NCBI GenBank assembly: GCA_041659785.1
Contig: JBAZXO010000001.1
Span: 241,649 to 305,648, forward strand
Direction: 5' to 3'
Length of the DNA: 64,000 nucleotides
Origin: Minisyncoccota bacterium
GTDB lineage: Bacteria > Patescibacteriota > Minisyncoccia > Phycocordibacterales > UBA9973
Part shown: positions 54,767-64,000 of the stretch, one piece after another
Layout of the letters: each line of letters begins with the position of its first letter
How positions within the stretch are numbered: the stretch's first letter is position 1
Notes under the pieces: generated by a model
Database searches by the model: none
What the model was told of the DNA's origin: nothing
What the model saw: only the letters and a program-made list of their open reading frames with translations
Made by a program: the position numbers and the translations under genes

Positions 54767-56521
54767 ATGACAAACACTGAAAAACTACATAATTTAAGGC
54801 ATACTTTAGCCCACTTAACGGCAGCAGCTGTCGGAGAAATATATAAATTTGATAATATCAAACTCACTCTTGGGCCTGATATAGACAATGGATTCTATTA
54901 TGATATTGATTTTCTTGGGGCAAAAGTAGCCGATACTGATTTGAAAAAAATTGAAGATAGAATGCGTAAGATTTTACCTAAATGGACAGAATGGGAACAC
55001 AAAGAACTAACTAAAGAAGAAGCTCTTAAATTCTTTGGTAAGAATGAATATAAAACAGAATTGATAAATGAGATTGCCGAACGTGGAGAAAAAATCACCA
55101 CATATACTTGTGGAGGTTTTACAGACTTGTGCCGTGGTGGACACTTGGAACATCCAGTAAAAGAAATAGACCCCGACTCTTTCAAGCTCGACCGTGTGGC
55201 TGGAGCATATTGGCGCGGAGATGAAAAAAATAAAATGCTTACGAGAATTTACGGACTCGCTTTTGAAACCAAGGAAGAATTGAATGCTTACATAATACAA
55301 AGAACAGAAGCAGAAAAAAGAGATCATAAAAAATTGGGAAAAGAATTGGACCTTTTCACTTTCTCTGAGCTCGTTGGGGCAGGTCTTCCCCTATTTACTC
55401 CCAAGGGAACACTTATCAGGGATTTGTTAGATGGCTTCGTGTGGGAACTTCGTAAAAAAGTCGGCTATGAGAGAGTTGATATCCCACACATTACAAAAAA
55501 GGAATTATATGAGACTTCCGGTCATTGGGAAAAATTCAAAGATGATTTGTTTAAAATAAATACTCGTGAGGAGCACGTCTTTGCTATGAAGCCAATGAAT
55601 TGCCCCCACCACACACAGATATACAACCGCAAGCAGTGGAGCTATAAAGAATTACCTCAGAGATATGCTTCTACAACGAAAGTTTATCGAGACGAACAGA
55701 CGGGTGAACTCGGAGGACTTTCTCGTGTACGTTCTATCACTCAAGACGATGCTCATGTATTCTCTCGATTAAAAGATGCAAGTGCTGAGATGGAAAAAAT
55801 TTACAATATCGTTAAAACTTTCTATGGGACTTTCGGCTTTACCTTAAAACCTCGCCTTTCTTTGCATGATCCTAAAAATATGAAGGCTTATTTGGGTACC
55901 GAAGAAGTTTGGGTAAATTCCGAAAAGGCACTCAGAGAGATAATCGTAAAAAATGGAGAGACGCCAATAGAGGCTGCGGGAGAAGCTGCTTTCTACGGAC
56001 CTAAAATAGACTTCATGGCGAAAGACGCCATCGGCCGAGAACACCAAGTGGCTACCATCCAGCTCGATATGAATATGCCAGAGCGCTTTGACTTATATTG
56101 TATTAATGAAAAAGGAGAACAAGAACGCATCGTGATGATTCATGCAGCCATCATGGGCTCAATAGAGAGGTTTCTTTCTGTGCTCATCGAACACACCGGA
56201 GGAAACTTCCCTCTCTGGCTCGCACCTATACAAGTAAAAGTGATTCCGGTGCGAGAAAATCATAACGAATATGCAAAAGAAATTTTCAATCTATTAAAAG
56301 AGAACAACATCCGCGCAGAATTGGATGACAGTGATGGCAACCTTGGCGGAAAAGTTCGTGATGCAAAAAATAACAAAATGCCTTATTGGGTAGTCATCGG
56401 TGATAAAGAAATAGAAGCTAAAAAAGTCACTCTCGAATCCCGCGACGCTGGTCAGCTTGGTCAAATCTCAAAAGAAGAACTTCTCTCAAAGTTCTTGGAA
56501 GAAATAAAAAATAAAAGTTAA
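54767..56521 (+). CDS. thrS: Threonine--tRNA ligase (lacks N-terminal TGS domain)
   Basis: RHTLAH, DLCRGGH, RDHKKLG, KPMNCPHH, TQDDAH, AFYGPKID, GSIERF. Confidence 0.97.
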   Translation: MTNTEKLHNLRHTLAHLTAAAVGEIYKFDNIKLTLGPDIDNGFYYDIDFLGAKVADTDLKKIEDRMRKILPKWTEWEHKELTKEEALKFFGKNEYKTELINEIAERGEKITTYTCGGFTDLCRGGHLEHPVKEIDPDSFKLDRVAGAYWRGDEKNKMLTRIYGLAFETKEELNAYIIQRTEAEKRDHKKLGKELDLFTFSELVGAGLPLFTPKGTLIRDLLDGFVWELRKKVGYERVDIPHITKKELYETSGHWEKFKDDLFKINTREEHVFAMKPMNCPHHTQIYNRKQWSYKELPQRYASTTKVYRDEQTGELGGLSRVRSITQDDAHVFSRLKDASAEMEKIYNIVKTFYGTFGFTLKPRLSLHDPKNMKAYLGTEEVWVNSEKALREIIVKNGETPIEAAGEAAFYGPKIDFMAKDAIGREHQVATIQLDMNMPERFDLYCINEKGEQERIVMIHAAIMGSIERFLSVLIEHTGGNFPLWLAPIQVKVIPVRENHNEYAKEIFNLLKENNIRAELDDSDGNLGGKVRDAKNNKMPYWVVIGDKEIEAKKVTLESRDAGQLGQISKEELLSKFLEEIKNKS

Positions 56522-56532
56522 TAATAAATAAT

Positions 56533-56658
56533 ATGGAAAAAATAGAAAATTTAGAAAGTAGAATCAGCGAACTAGAAGAACACAACAACAAAAGATGGTG
56601 GATTGAATATGTTATTGGCGCATTAACTGGAGCTGTAATAGTTTTGTTTTTTAGATAA
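56533..56658 (+). CDS. Putative 41-aa coiled-coil plus TM microprotein
   Basis: MEKIENLESRISELEEHNNKRWWIEYVIGALTGAVIVLFFR, 11 nt after the thrS stop. Confidence 0.55.
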   Translation: MEKIENLESRISELEEHNNKRWWIEYVIGALTGAVIVLFFR

Positions 56659-56696
56659 TTTAGATATTAATTTCAGTTAATTTTATATTTATTAAC

Positions 56697-57169
56697 CTAT
56701 CATATATGATATACTAAGGAATGCCACATATTTCATCTAAAAAACTTAAAAAGGAGCACTTGCAAAAACTTTATAGTGAATTTGGTACTGCTCTTGAAAA
56801 ATCAGCTAAAAAATCTTGGGTAAAATTTTTCTTAAATGACTTTTTAACCCGTACAGAAAAAATAATGCTGGCTAAAAGATTCGCTGTTATTTACCTTCTA
56901 TCAAAAGATGTCCCAGCTTCATATATTGCTGACGCACTTTGTATGAGCCCAGCAACTATTTTTAGAATGTCACTTAAATATGATATTGGTAAATACTCTT
57001 CCCTATTAAAGACTATTCAAGCCGACAACAAAGATCTTTGGGGGATTTTAGAGAAAATTTTAAAAGCTGGATTACCTCCTCGTGCTGGACGAGGAAGATG
57101 GAAATTCTTATACAAATAGATATTAAAAAAATTCTTAATCTCTTAGACTATCATATATGATATATTAAG
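56697..57169. repeat. Twin palindromic direct repeats flanking the TrpR-like gene (56697-56718, 57148-57169)
   Basis: CTATCATATATGATATA(C/T)TAAG, 21/22 identical; core TATCATATATGATA is a perfect palindrome. Confidence 0.85.
56721..57119 (+). CDS. TrpR-like (YerC/YecD) helix-turn-helix protein
   Basis: FLNDFLTRTEKIMLAKRFAVIYLL..IADALCMSPATIFRM. Confidence 0.82.
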   Translation: MPHISSKKLKKEHLQKLYSEFGTALEKSAKKSWVKFFLNDFLTRTEKIMLAKRFAVIYLLSKDVPASYIADALCMSPATIFRMSLKYDIGKYSSLLKTIQADNKDLWGILEKILKAGLPPRAGRGRWKFLYK

Positions 57170-57191
57170 AAATAATGCAAAATCTATTAAA

Positions 57192-57647
57192 TTAAAGATA
57201 AATTATTTCTATTCCAAGCTCTTTAGCTTTTTCATGTTCCCATTTTGAGCCAAGAGATGTTTGCCAACTAGACATAAAATAAAAAGTTGAAACCATGCCA
57301 GATTCGAATATAGGCAAATAAAAATCATTTAATATTTCCTTACCTATTTTTTCAACAGAAAATTTCTTTTTTAAAACCTGCATCGGTGTTTCGAAGGGCA
57401 TTTGATCAAACACGTTCAATCCTTGTCCTTGCAGTTTTATAATCGCTTCATTGAATGCATCTAAATTTTTTTCAACAGACCCAAATCCCCCAGTAGCAAC
57501 AGGCCCGCACACCTGCACAAATGGCTTATCCATGCGGTTAATTATCCTAAGTGCTATAGTGCGTAAATCATTAACACTTTCAACTTTTTCGAGATCTTGC
57601 CAATCTTTTTCTTCCCAATATTTTTTTGTTACATCACTGAATTCCAT
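57192..57647 (-). CDS. DUF4406-like protein
   Basis: VCGPV..N..AF; YFMSSWQTSLGSKWEHEKAKELG. Confidence 0.65.
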   Translation of the reverse strand: MEFSDVTKKYWEEKDWQDLEKVESVNDLRTIALRIINRMDKPFVQVCGPVATGGFGSVEKNLDAFNEAIIKLQGQGLNVFDQMPFETPMQVLKKKFSVEKIGKEILNDFYLPIFESGMVSTFYFMSSWQTSLGSKWEHEKAKELGIEIIYL

Positions 57648-57649
57648 TT

Positions 57650-59710
57650 TTAGATATCTATCTCAGCTAATTTTGCATTTGATTGGATGAAAGATTTACG
57701 AGGAGGGACTTCGGAGCCCATGAGAATGTCGAAGATTTTATTGGCTTCTTCGGCATCAGAAATATCTACGCGTTTCAAAATACGATGTTGTGGATCCATG
57801 GTAGTTTCCCAGAGCTCTTCTGGGTTCATTTCTCCTAGACCCTTAAAGCGTTGAATGTGAATCTTGTTTGATTTCTTTGTAACTTCTTCTGGAGTTTCTT
57901 CTTCAGCTATTTCCTCCCCTTCTACTACTTCTTCAATATCGCTCACATCTGCGCCTTTGCCGACAATTTTCAATTTATCTTCATCAGAATAAGCATAAGA
58001 AATTTCTTTGCCTTTTTTTATTTTATAAAGTGGTGGCTGTGCAATATAAATATATCCAGCATCTACGACTGGTCTAAAATATCTATAGAAAAGAGTGAGG
58101 AGCAGTGTACGAATGTGTGAACCGTCCACGTCGGCATCTGTCGCAATGATTATTTTATGATAACGCATTTTATCTAAATCAAAAGTATCTCCAATAGAAG
58201 TACCCATAGCGATGACAAGAGACTTCACTTCTTTAGAAGCGAGCATTTTATCAATACGTGCGCGTTCTACGTTTAGGATTTTTCCACGAAGTGGCAAGAT
58301 AGCCTGAGTACGTCTATCTCTTCCTTGTTTTGCTGAACCTCCTGCCGAATCTCCCTCTACGAGGAAGAGTTCTGATTCAGAAGCATTCTTACTCTGACAG
58401 TCGGCAAGCTTTCCTGGGAGAGTCATACCTTCGAGTGCACCTTTACGAAGCACGGAATCTTTCGCAGCCTTGGCGGCTTTACGAGCCTTTAATGCAAGGA
58501 TTGATTTATTTATTATAGATTTAGCTTCATCAGGATTTTCTTCCAAGAAAGCAGCGAAGGCTTCTCCGAAAACTGTCGCCACAGCACCCTGAGCCTCCAT
58601 ACTTCCTAACTTTGCTTTCGTTTGTCCTTCAAATTGTATTTCACGAAGCTTCACTGAGATAACAGCGGTCAAACCTTCCAAGACATCGTCTCCAGTAAAT
58701 CCGCCTTCGGATTCTTTCATCATTTCATTCTTTTTGCAGTAGGTGTTGAGGGTTCGAGTGAGAGCTGTTTTAAAACCAGTCACATGTGTACCACCTTCTC
58801 CAGTATAAATATTGTTTGCAAAAGGAAAGATTCTATCTGAGATATCATCTACGTATTGTAGAGCTACTTCTACGCCGACATTGTCTAATTCCTTTTCAAC
58901 ATAAAAAATATTGTTCTGAATTGGTTTCTGTAATTTGTTGTAATACTTTACAAGAGACACCAATCCTCCCTCAAAGTAGAAAGACACTGAAGGTAGCTCT
59001 ACTCCAAGCTCTCTGAAATAAAAAACATCTGATGCGTCTTTCTTGCTCTCCATTTCACGCGCATCAATTATTGAAATTTTTAATTCCTTTACTAGGTATG
59101 CTTGCTGACGAATATGGTTCACCACTGTGTTCCAATCAAATAAAATTTTGCCGAATATTAATTCATCCGGCTCAAAAGTAATGATCGTACCATGGAGCTT
59201 CGAGGCACCGACTTTTTTCACTGCAGACTTTTTCTTTCCTTGAGAATATTCCTGAACATATTTAGCGCCATCTTTGTGTACTTCTGCAAGACAGAAAATA
59301 GAAAGTGCATTCACGACAGATGCTCCCACTCCATGAAGACCTCCAGAAACTTTGTATCCTTCCCCACCGAATTTTCCTCCGGCGTGAAGTGTAGTCATGA
59401 CTGTCTCAAGGGCAGAAACTTTTGTTTTTTTGTGTATATCGACAGGAATACCTCGGCCATTGTCTGCCACACGGATACGGTTGTTTGGAAGGAGCACTAT
59501 TTCAATATCATTACAAAATCCACCCATCGCTTCGTCGCGTGAATTGTCGAAAATCTCCCATATTAAGTGGTGTAATCCCTCAGGGCCAGTTGTACCGATA
59601 TACATACCTGGACGGCGCCTGACGGGTTCTAGGCCCTCTAGGACAGAAATGTCAGAGGCATCATAATGATGCCCTTTTGATACCTCATCTTTTGCCTTTT
59701 CTTTTGCCAT
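57650..59710 (-). CDS. gyrB: DNA gyrase subunit B
   Basis: VRRRPGMYIG, LHAGGKF, SGGLHGVG, VEGDSAGG, DADVDG, RFKGLGEMN. Confidence 0.97.
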   Translation of the reverse strand: MAKEKAKDEVSKGHHYDASDISVLEGLEPVRRRPGMYIGTTGPEGLHHLIWEIFDNSRDEAMGGFCNDIEIVLLPNNRIRVADNGRGIPVDIHKKTKVSALETVMTTLHAGGKFGGEGYKVSGGLHGVGASVVNALSIFCLAEVHKDGAKYVQEYSQGKKKSAVKKVGASKLHGTIITFEPDELIFGKILFDWNTVVNHIRQQAYLVKELKISIIDAREMESKKDASDVFYFRELGVELPSVSFYFEGGLVSLVKYYNKLQKPIQNNIFYVEKELDNVGVEVALQYVDDISDRIFPFANNIYTGEGGTHVTGFKTALTRTLNTYCKKNEMMKESEGGFTGDDVLEGLTAVISVKLREIQFEGQTKAKLGSMEAQGAVATVFGEAFAAFLEENPDEAKSIINKSILALKARKAAKAAKDSVLRKGALEGMTLPGKLADCQSKNASESELFLVEGDSAGGSAKQGRDRRTQAILPLRGKILNVERARIDKMLASKEVKSLVIAMGTSIGDTFDLDKMRYHKIIIATDADVDGSHIRTLLLTLFYRYFRPVVDAGYIYIAQPPLYKIKKGKEISYAYSDEDKLKIVGKGADVSDIEEVVEGEEIAEEETPEEVTKKSNKIHIQRFKGLGEMNPEELWETTMDPQHRILKRVDISDAEEANKIFDILMGSEVPPRKSFIQSNAKLAEIDI

Positions 59711-59807
59711 ATATTAAATACATTATAGCAAAAAATAATATTAAATACCAGCCTATTTTTCATTAAAAAACCTTTACTTTTGAGCTATTTTTCTTTATAT
59801 TTAACCA

Positions 59808-60950
59808 ATGAACAATAATTATGATATTAAATTACCAGAAGAGAAAGCCTTACTCCAAAAGCTAGAAAACAGGACAGATACTGAATCACTTCGGATGAAG
59901 CGCTATCTATCTATGCCGGACCTGTCTCGCGATCCAACCTCCCCTATTTATGAAATAGTACACAGAATTTTATCTCAACCTGATTTTAAAGATTTCGATA
60001 TTGTAAAAAGTCCTGAAATCGTTCCTATCGATGTCACTTTTGATCTTTATAATTTTGCACCCGATCATCCTGCCCGTTCACACTCAGATACTTATTTTAT
60101 TGATGATACAAATATTTTACGCCCACATACAACAGTAATGTGGTATTACTATTTAAATCAACCTGAAATAAAAGAAAAGATAGCTCGGGGTGAAACTGTT
60201 GGATTTTTTTCTTTTGGAAAAGTTTATAGAAAAGATGAGATAGATCGCAATCATATGAATGTCTTCCATCAAATGGATGGTGGTTTTTTAATTCCTAAAA
60301 GTAAAAAAACTATTGGCATAGAAGATTTACAAATAGTTTTAGCTGACATTGCAAAGGCTGTGTTCGGACCTGATATAAAATACAGATTCAATAAAGATAC
60401 TTTCCCATATACCGATCCATCGCTCGAGATGGAAGTTGAAATTGCTGGCAGATGGATAGAAGTACTAGGTTGCGGAATTATGACTGATACAATTATAAAA
60501 AATCTTGGACTCGACCCAGATAAATGGAGTAACTGGGCTTTCGGCTTTGGACTAGAACGTTTAGCTATAATAAGTATGGATTTACCAGACATTCGTCTAC
60601 TCTGGTCTGAAGATGAACGCGTAGTTAAACAATTAAAACTAGGACAAAAATTCGTAGAAGTCAGTAAATACCCGCCCATCGTACGCGATATTTCTTTTAT
60701 TGTTCCCAATACTTTTATACCAAATGATTATTTCGATTTCGTACGAGAATCTATTCCAGACATCGTAGAACAAGTAGAACTTTTAGATAAATACGAAAAT
60801 GAAGCCAAGTTTGGTAAAAATAAAATAAGTTATGCTTATCGTATCACCTATCGCTCCTTAAACAGAACTCTCACTGCCGTAGAAATTGACCAAGTCCACA
60901 AAAAACTAGAAACAGAAACGACCAAAAATTTCGAAGCAGTCATTCGTTAA
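59808..60950 (+). CDS. pheS: Phenylalanine--tRNA ligase, single-chain mitochondrial-type (alpha catalytic domain fused to ferredoxin-fold anticodon-binding domain)
   Basis: HPARSHSDTY, LRPHT, VYRKDEIDRNH, FPYTDPS, WAFGFGLER, then SKYPPIVRDISF..YRITYRSLNRTLT. Confidence 0.9.
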   Translation: MNNNYDIKLPEEKALLQKLENRTDTESLRMKRYLSMPDLSRDPTSPIYEIVHRILSQPDFKDFDIVKSPEIVPIDVTFDLYNFAPDHPARSHSDTYFIDDTNILRPHTTVMWYYYLNQPEIKEKIARGETVGFFSFGKVYRKDEIDRNHMNVFHQMDGGFLIPKSKKTIGIEDLQIVLADIAKAVFGPDIKYRFNKDTFPYTDPSLEMEVEIAGRWIEVLGCGIMTDTIIKNLGLDPDKWSNWAFGFGLERLAIISMDLPDIRLLWSEDERVVKQLKLGQKFVEVSKYPPIVRDISFIVPNTFIPNDYFDFVRESIPDIVEQVELLDKYENEAKFGKNKISYAYRITYRSLNRTLTAVEIDQVHKKLETETTKNFEAVIR

Positions 60951-60974
60951 AATATTTGTTATAATTTAACAATA

Positions 60975-61076
60975 ATGAAAAAATACTTCTGGATTTTAAT
61001 CATTCTAATGACTATTTTTACAGCCCTAGGCTTGTATTTAGGCTGGTTAGACAATGGGCCTAGGTTTTTCTTTTAA
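60975..61076 (+). CDS. Putative 33-aa membrane microprotein
   Basis: MKKYFWILIILMTIFTALGLYLGWLDNGPRFFF; TGtTATAAT just upstream. Confidence 0.45.
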   Translation: MKKYFWILIILMTIFTALGLYLGWLDNGPRFFF

Positions 61077-64000
61077 ATTTTGTAAATCTCTGCCATTTTG
61101 CAATATTCACATTCGGTATTTTTACCATAAGAATTATAATGACATTCGAGGTTTATCCATTCACCATTTTTTATTAATTCATCATAATCTTTTATATCTT
61201 TCATAAGCAGATCTATTTCCTCTTGGTTAATATGAGTAGAATAAAGTGAGTTTTTGTTTTTAAAATCTTCTTCTAAAAATAGAAGCCTGGATTCAGAGAC
61301 CACCTTGTTTTTATCATCGCCAGAAATTAAATAAGAATACATAGCAAGCTGACGAAGATATGGACTCATTCTATTATTCTCTATTTTCTCAATTGCATTT
61401 TTTGTCCTAGAGGAGCCAGTTTTAAAATCTGTTACTCTTACAAAGTTCTCTGGTAGATATTCTACAAGGTCAATTTTCCCATAGATATTTAAATGTGGGA
61501 ATCTTTTATCCTTATAAGAAATAGACTGCTCAGATCTAAAGTCGGTAGCCATATTCTTATAATAATTAGCAGTCCAGTCATTTATCGCTTCATATGCATC
61601 CTTGCCAAGCTTTTTTAATTCTTCCCCTTCCCCTATTCCTTCTTTAATAAGTTTATTTTTGATTATTTCTTTTATCTCCTTTTCATTAGGTAATTTATTT
61701 TCTTTTAAAATATGTTCGATGGTGCTATGCACGACACTACCAAAAGCAAGACTAGCTCCTTTTACCTCTGGTAATTGTAAGAAATTACGAAAATACCAAC
61801 GCCAAGGACATTCAAAAAAGTTATTAAGTAAAGTAACAGAAACCTTTCTCTCTGTATAATTTTCTCTAACTAATTTTTTTAAATCTTCTTTTATATCAAC
61901 TTTATTTTTATCTAAAGATATTGTCTGAGAAATATAAACATTAGGCCCATGTGATAAAATCTCTTTTTCTGTATCTTCTCTATTCTTTTTTATAAAATGT
62001 ATATCTGGCAATTCTCGGATAATGTGCGCGATTTCCATCCCTACTCCTTTGTAGTTCTCTGTGGCATAAGAAATAGAACAGTACTTTTTAGCTCTGGTGA
62101 GGGCCACGTATAATTCTTTTTTTGCAACTTCTACACCACGTTTCTCCATGTGTTCCTTTATTTTTTCAGGCAAAGTAAATCCACCTCTTTTTTCAGACAT
62201 CAATATCTCTTCATTCATATGGGCCACCCAGACAGTTTTATATTCAAGACCTTTTGACCTATGTAAGGTCATTACCTTTACCCCATTGTCACTACCAAAT
62301 TTTACAAGTTCAATATGTGTATTATAAGACTCTAGTCTGTCTATATACTCTAAAAAGTCTTTAAGTTTTGGATTTTTGTGTCGTTCTTCAAACAAAGTCG
62401 CCAAATGAATAAAACTTCTAATGATTTCTATATTTTGGAGTAGTTCATTATTATCTTTTATATTATTTACCAAGAGATCATTCCCTACAGTACTTATAAT
62501 TACAGAAAGTTTTTCATTTGATAAAGTATTAATATAATTTTTTAATTTATTACCCCATTTTACTATGTCGTCCTTTGAAGCTTTTTCTAATTCATCAATC
62601 GTTAATTTTTCTGGCTTAGTATTCTTCAGAAAAGTGTGAGCTTCTAACGTTTTTATATTACTTGTTTTATCAAGCATAGACTCAGAGATAAGAACTGCAT
62701 TAAATGGTGAAACGATAATACCTAAAATTCGTCTAAAAATTTCTGTCTCTCCCATGGAAAAAAGCGACAAACTTTTCCCGCTTGAAACTGGCAAACCTAA
62801 ATCATTTAATATTTCTAATGCAGAACGAACTTGATAATTTCTAGGCACCAATAGAGCACATTCATTTGGATCAATCCCTTCAGCAATTTTTTGTTTAAAA
62901 TAAAGTCCAGCACCGATAATCTCATCCCGTGGATAAGAATACTCATTTAACATTATTCTATCCATGCCTTTTGTATTAGTTTTTAATTTTTCATCACTTA
63001 AGGAACTTTTCAATAAATCATCCGCCAGGGCAAGTATCGGACCGGTAGAACGATAATTTTCTATTAAGTTAATTAATTTAGCTTTTCCAAAAAAGTGAGC
63101 AAATTCTTCAAAGTATGAAAGTGAGGCGCCAGAGAAACCATAGATAAGCTGTCTATCATCACCCACAACGAAAATATTAGGTTTTTCTACTCCTCCCCAC
63201 ACTCCTTTCAGAAAACTATTTTGTACCCCACTAGAATCCTGGTGTTCATCTACTAAAACATATAAATAATTTTCACGTATATCGGAACGTACATCTTCAA
63301 ATTTTTCCACTAATTCTGTGGCATATTCTAAAACATCATCATAATCCATGAAGGAAAGTTCCTTTTTCTTCTCTTCGTAAATACGATAAAATTCTACCAC
63401 CTCACGTGTGCGCGAAAGAGATTCGATTTTTTTCTCAACTTCCTTTTTTAATTTACCCTTACTCTCTCCTCTGGTAGAGATACTGTCCTCATTATTTTTT
63501 AAATTTTCTATATCACTTTCTATATATGATAAGAATTGAGAGGCACTAATACGTTCACGTTTTAAAATTGAAATTAATTGTTTTAAATCACCGAAATACA
63601 TTGATGGATTAGCTCGTGGACGAAGATATTCCCACGTATTGGAATGCAATATCTCATCGACTAAAAATACCGCCCTATCATCACTAAGTAATTCTGGAAT
63701 TTGAGGAAAATCGAGAAGGTCATAATGTTTTTCAATAAGATTAATAGCGAAACTATGGAAAGTAGATACCGTCACGTCGTCTGCTTGTTTACCTATATAA
63801 TTGTGCAAACGTTCACGCATAGCAGAGACGCCCGCATTAGTAAATGTTAGACATAAAATTCCATCACCTTTTGTGTCAGTTTTTTCTAGAATTTTAGCAA
63901 TACGAAGTGCTAATACTTGTGTCTTCCCTGTTCCTGGACCCGCCACCACCATCACTGGACCATCTATGGTATCTACGGCTTCTCTTTGAGCTTTGTTTAA
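61073..64000 (-). CDS. UvrD/PcrA-family helicase fused to PD-(D/E)XK nuclease (AddA/AdnAB-like); 5' end outside the window
   Basis: LNKAQREAV..AGPGTGKT, LTFTN, VDEHQD, VGDDRQ, NYRS, TLHRSKGLE, YVALTRAK, GKIDL..DFKTG, QLAMY, C-terminal Cys. Confidence 0.92.
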   Translation of the reverse strand, partial: LNKAQREAVDTIDGPVMVVAGPGTGKTQVLALRIAKILEKTDTKGDGILCLTFTNAGVSAMRERLHNYIGKQADDVTVSTFHSFAINLIEKHYDLLDFPQIPELLSDDRAVFLVDEILHSNTWEYLRPRANPSMYFGDLKQLISILKRERISASQFLSYIESDIENLKNNEDSISTRGESKGKLKKEVEKKIESLSRTREVVEFYRIYEEKKKELSFMDYDDVLEYATELVEKFEDVRSDIRENYLYVLVDEHQDSSGVQNSFLKGVWGGVEKPNIFVVGDDRQLIYGFSGASLSYFEEFAHFFGKAKLINLIENYRSTGPILALADDLLKSSLSDEKLKTNTKGMDRIMLNEYSYPRDEIIGAGLYFKQKIAEGIDPNECALLVPRNYQVRSALEILNDLGLPVSSGKSLSLFSMGETEIFRRILGIIVSPFNAVLISESMLDKTSNIKTLEAHTFLKNTKPEKLTIDELEKASKDDIVKWGNKLKNYINTLSNEKLSVIISTVGNDLLVNNIKDNNELLQNIEIIRSFIHLATLFEERHKNPKLKDFLEYIDRLESYNTHIELVKFGSDNGVKVMTLHRSKGLEYKTVWVAHMNEEILMSEKRGGFTLPEKIKEHMEKRGVEVAKKELYVALTRAKKYCSISYATENYKGVGMEIAHIIRELPDIHFIKKNREDTEKEILSHGPNVYISQTISLDKNKVDIKEDLKKLVRENYTERKVSVTLLNNFFECPWRWYFRNFLQLPEVKGASLAFGSVVHSTIEHILKENKLPNEKEIKEIIKNKLIKEGIGEGEELKKLGKDAYEAINDWTANYYKNMATDFRSEQSISYKDKRFPHLNIYGKIDLVEYLPENFVRVTDFKTGSSRTKNAIEKIENNRMSPYLRQLAMYSYLISGDDKNKVVSESRLLFLEEDFKNKNSLYSTHINQEEIDLLMKDIKDYDELIKNGEWINLECHYNSYGKNTECEYCKMAEIYKI

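Noticed and set aside
63955-64000. Helicase start at 63955
   Set aside because: The frame stays open to the window edge and encodes the conserved LNxxQxxAV motif, so the real start is outside the window

Overview
AT-rich chromosomal window, standard genetic code, from a reduced-genome bacterium that looks like Patescibacteria/CPR (Parcubacteria-like). This assignment is inferred from the short ProRS/ThrS, the NusB-NUDIX fusion, the hinge-less Smc, giant GNVGIGTT surface proteins and a type IV pilin. Left end: a large serine recombinase reading into an antisense tRNA-Ala, a tRNA-Asn(GTT) split by a 255-nt group I intron, RNase P RNA, an arginine-decarboxylase-like gene and three large surface proteins. 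Core genes: tgt, mreC, mreB, proS, rpsB, tsf, tRNA-Thr, rpoB-rpoC-dnaG-rpoD, trmD, khpA, rpsP, rnr, smc, rnc, nusB, rpmF, thrS, gyrB, a mitochondrial-type fused pheS and a UvrD-nuclease cut by the window edge. Most striking observations: (1) several families of palindromic elements sit both between genes and in frame inside housekeeping genes, including a 35-nt core shared by tgt and trmD, read in different frames and held in unrelated stems; (2) a REP-flanked RAYT cassette left a synonymous-variant second copy of the smc 3' end; (3) an array of peptidoglycan-binding surface proteins has identical ends and divergent middles; (4) Smc has a Rad50-like CPLC motif where the hinge would be; (5) a TrpR-like gene is bracketed by twin palindromes. 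All calls come from manual reading and motif recognition; no searches were run.
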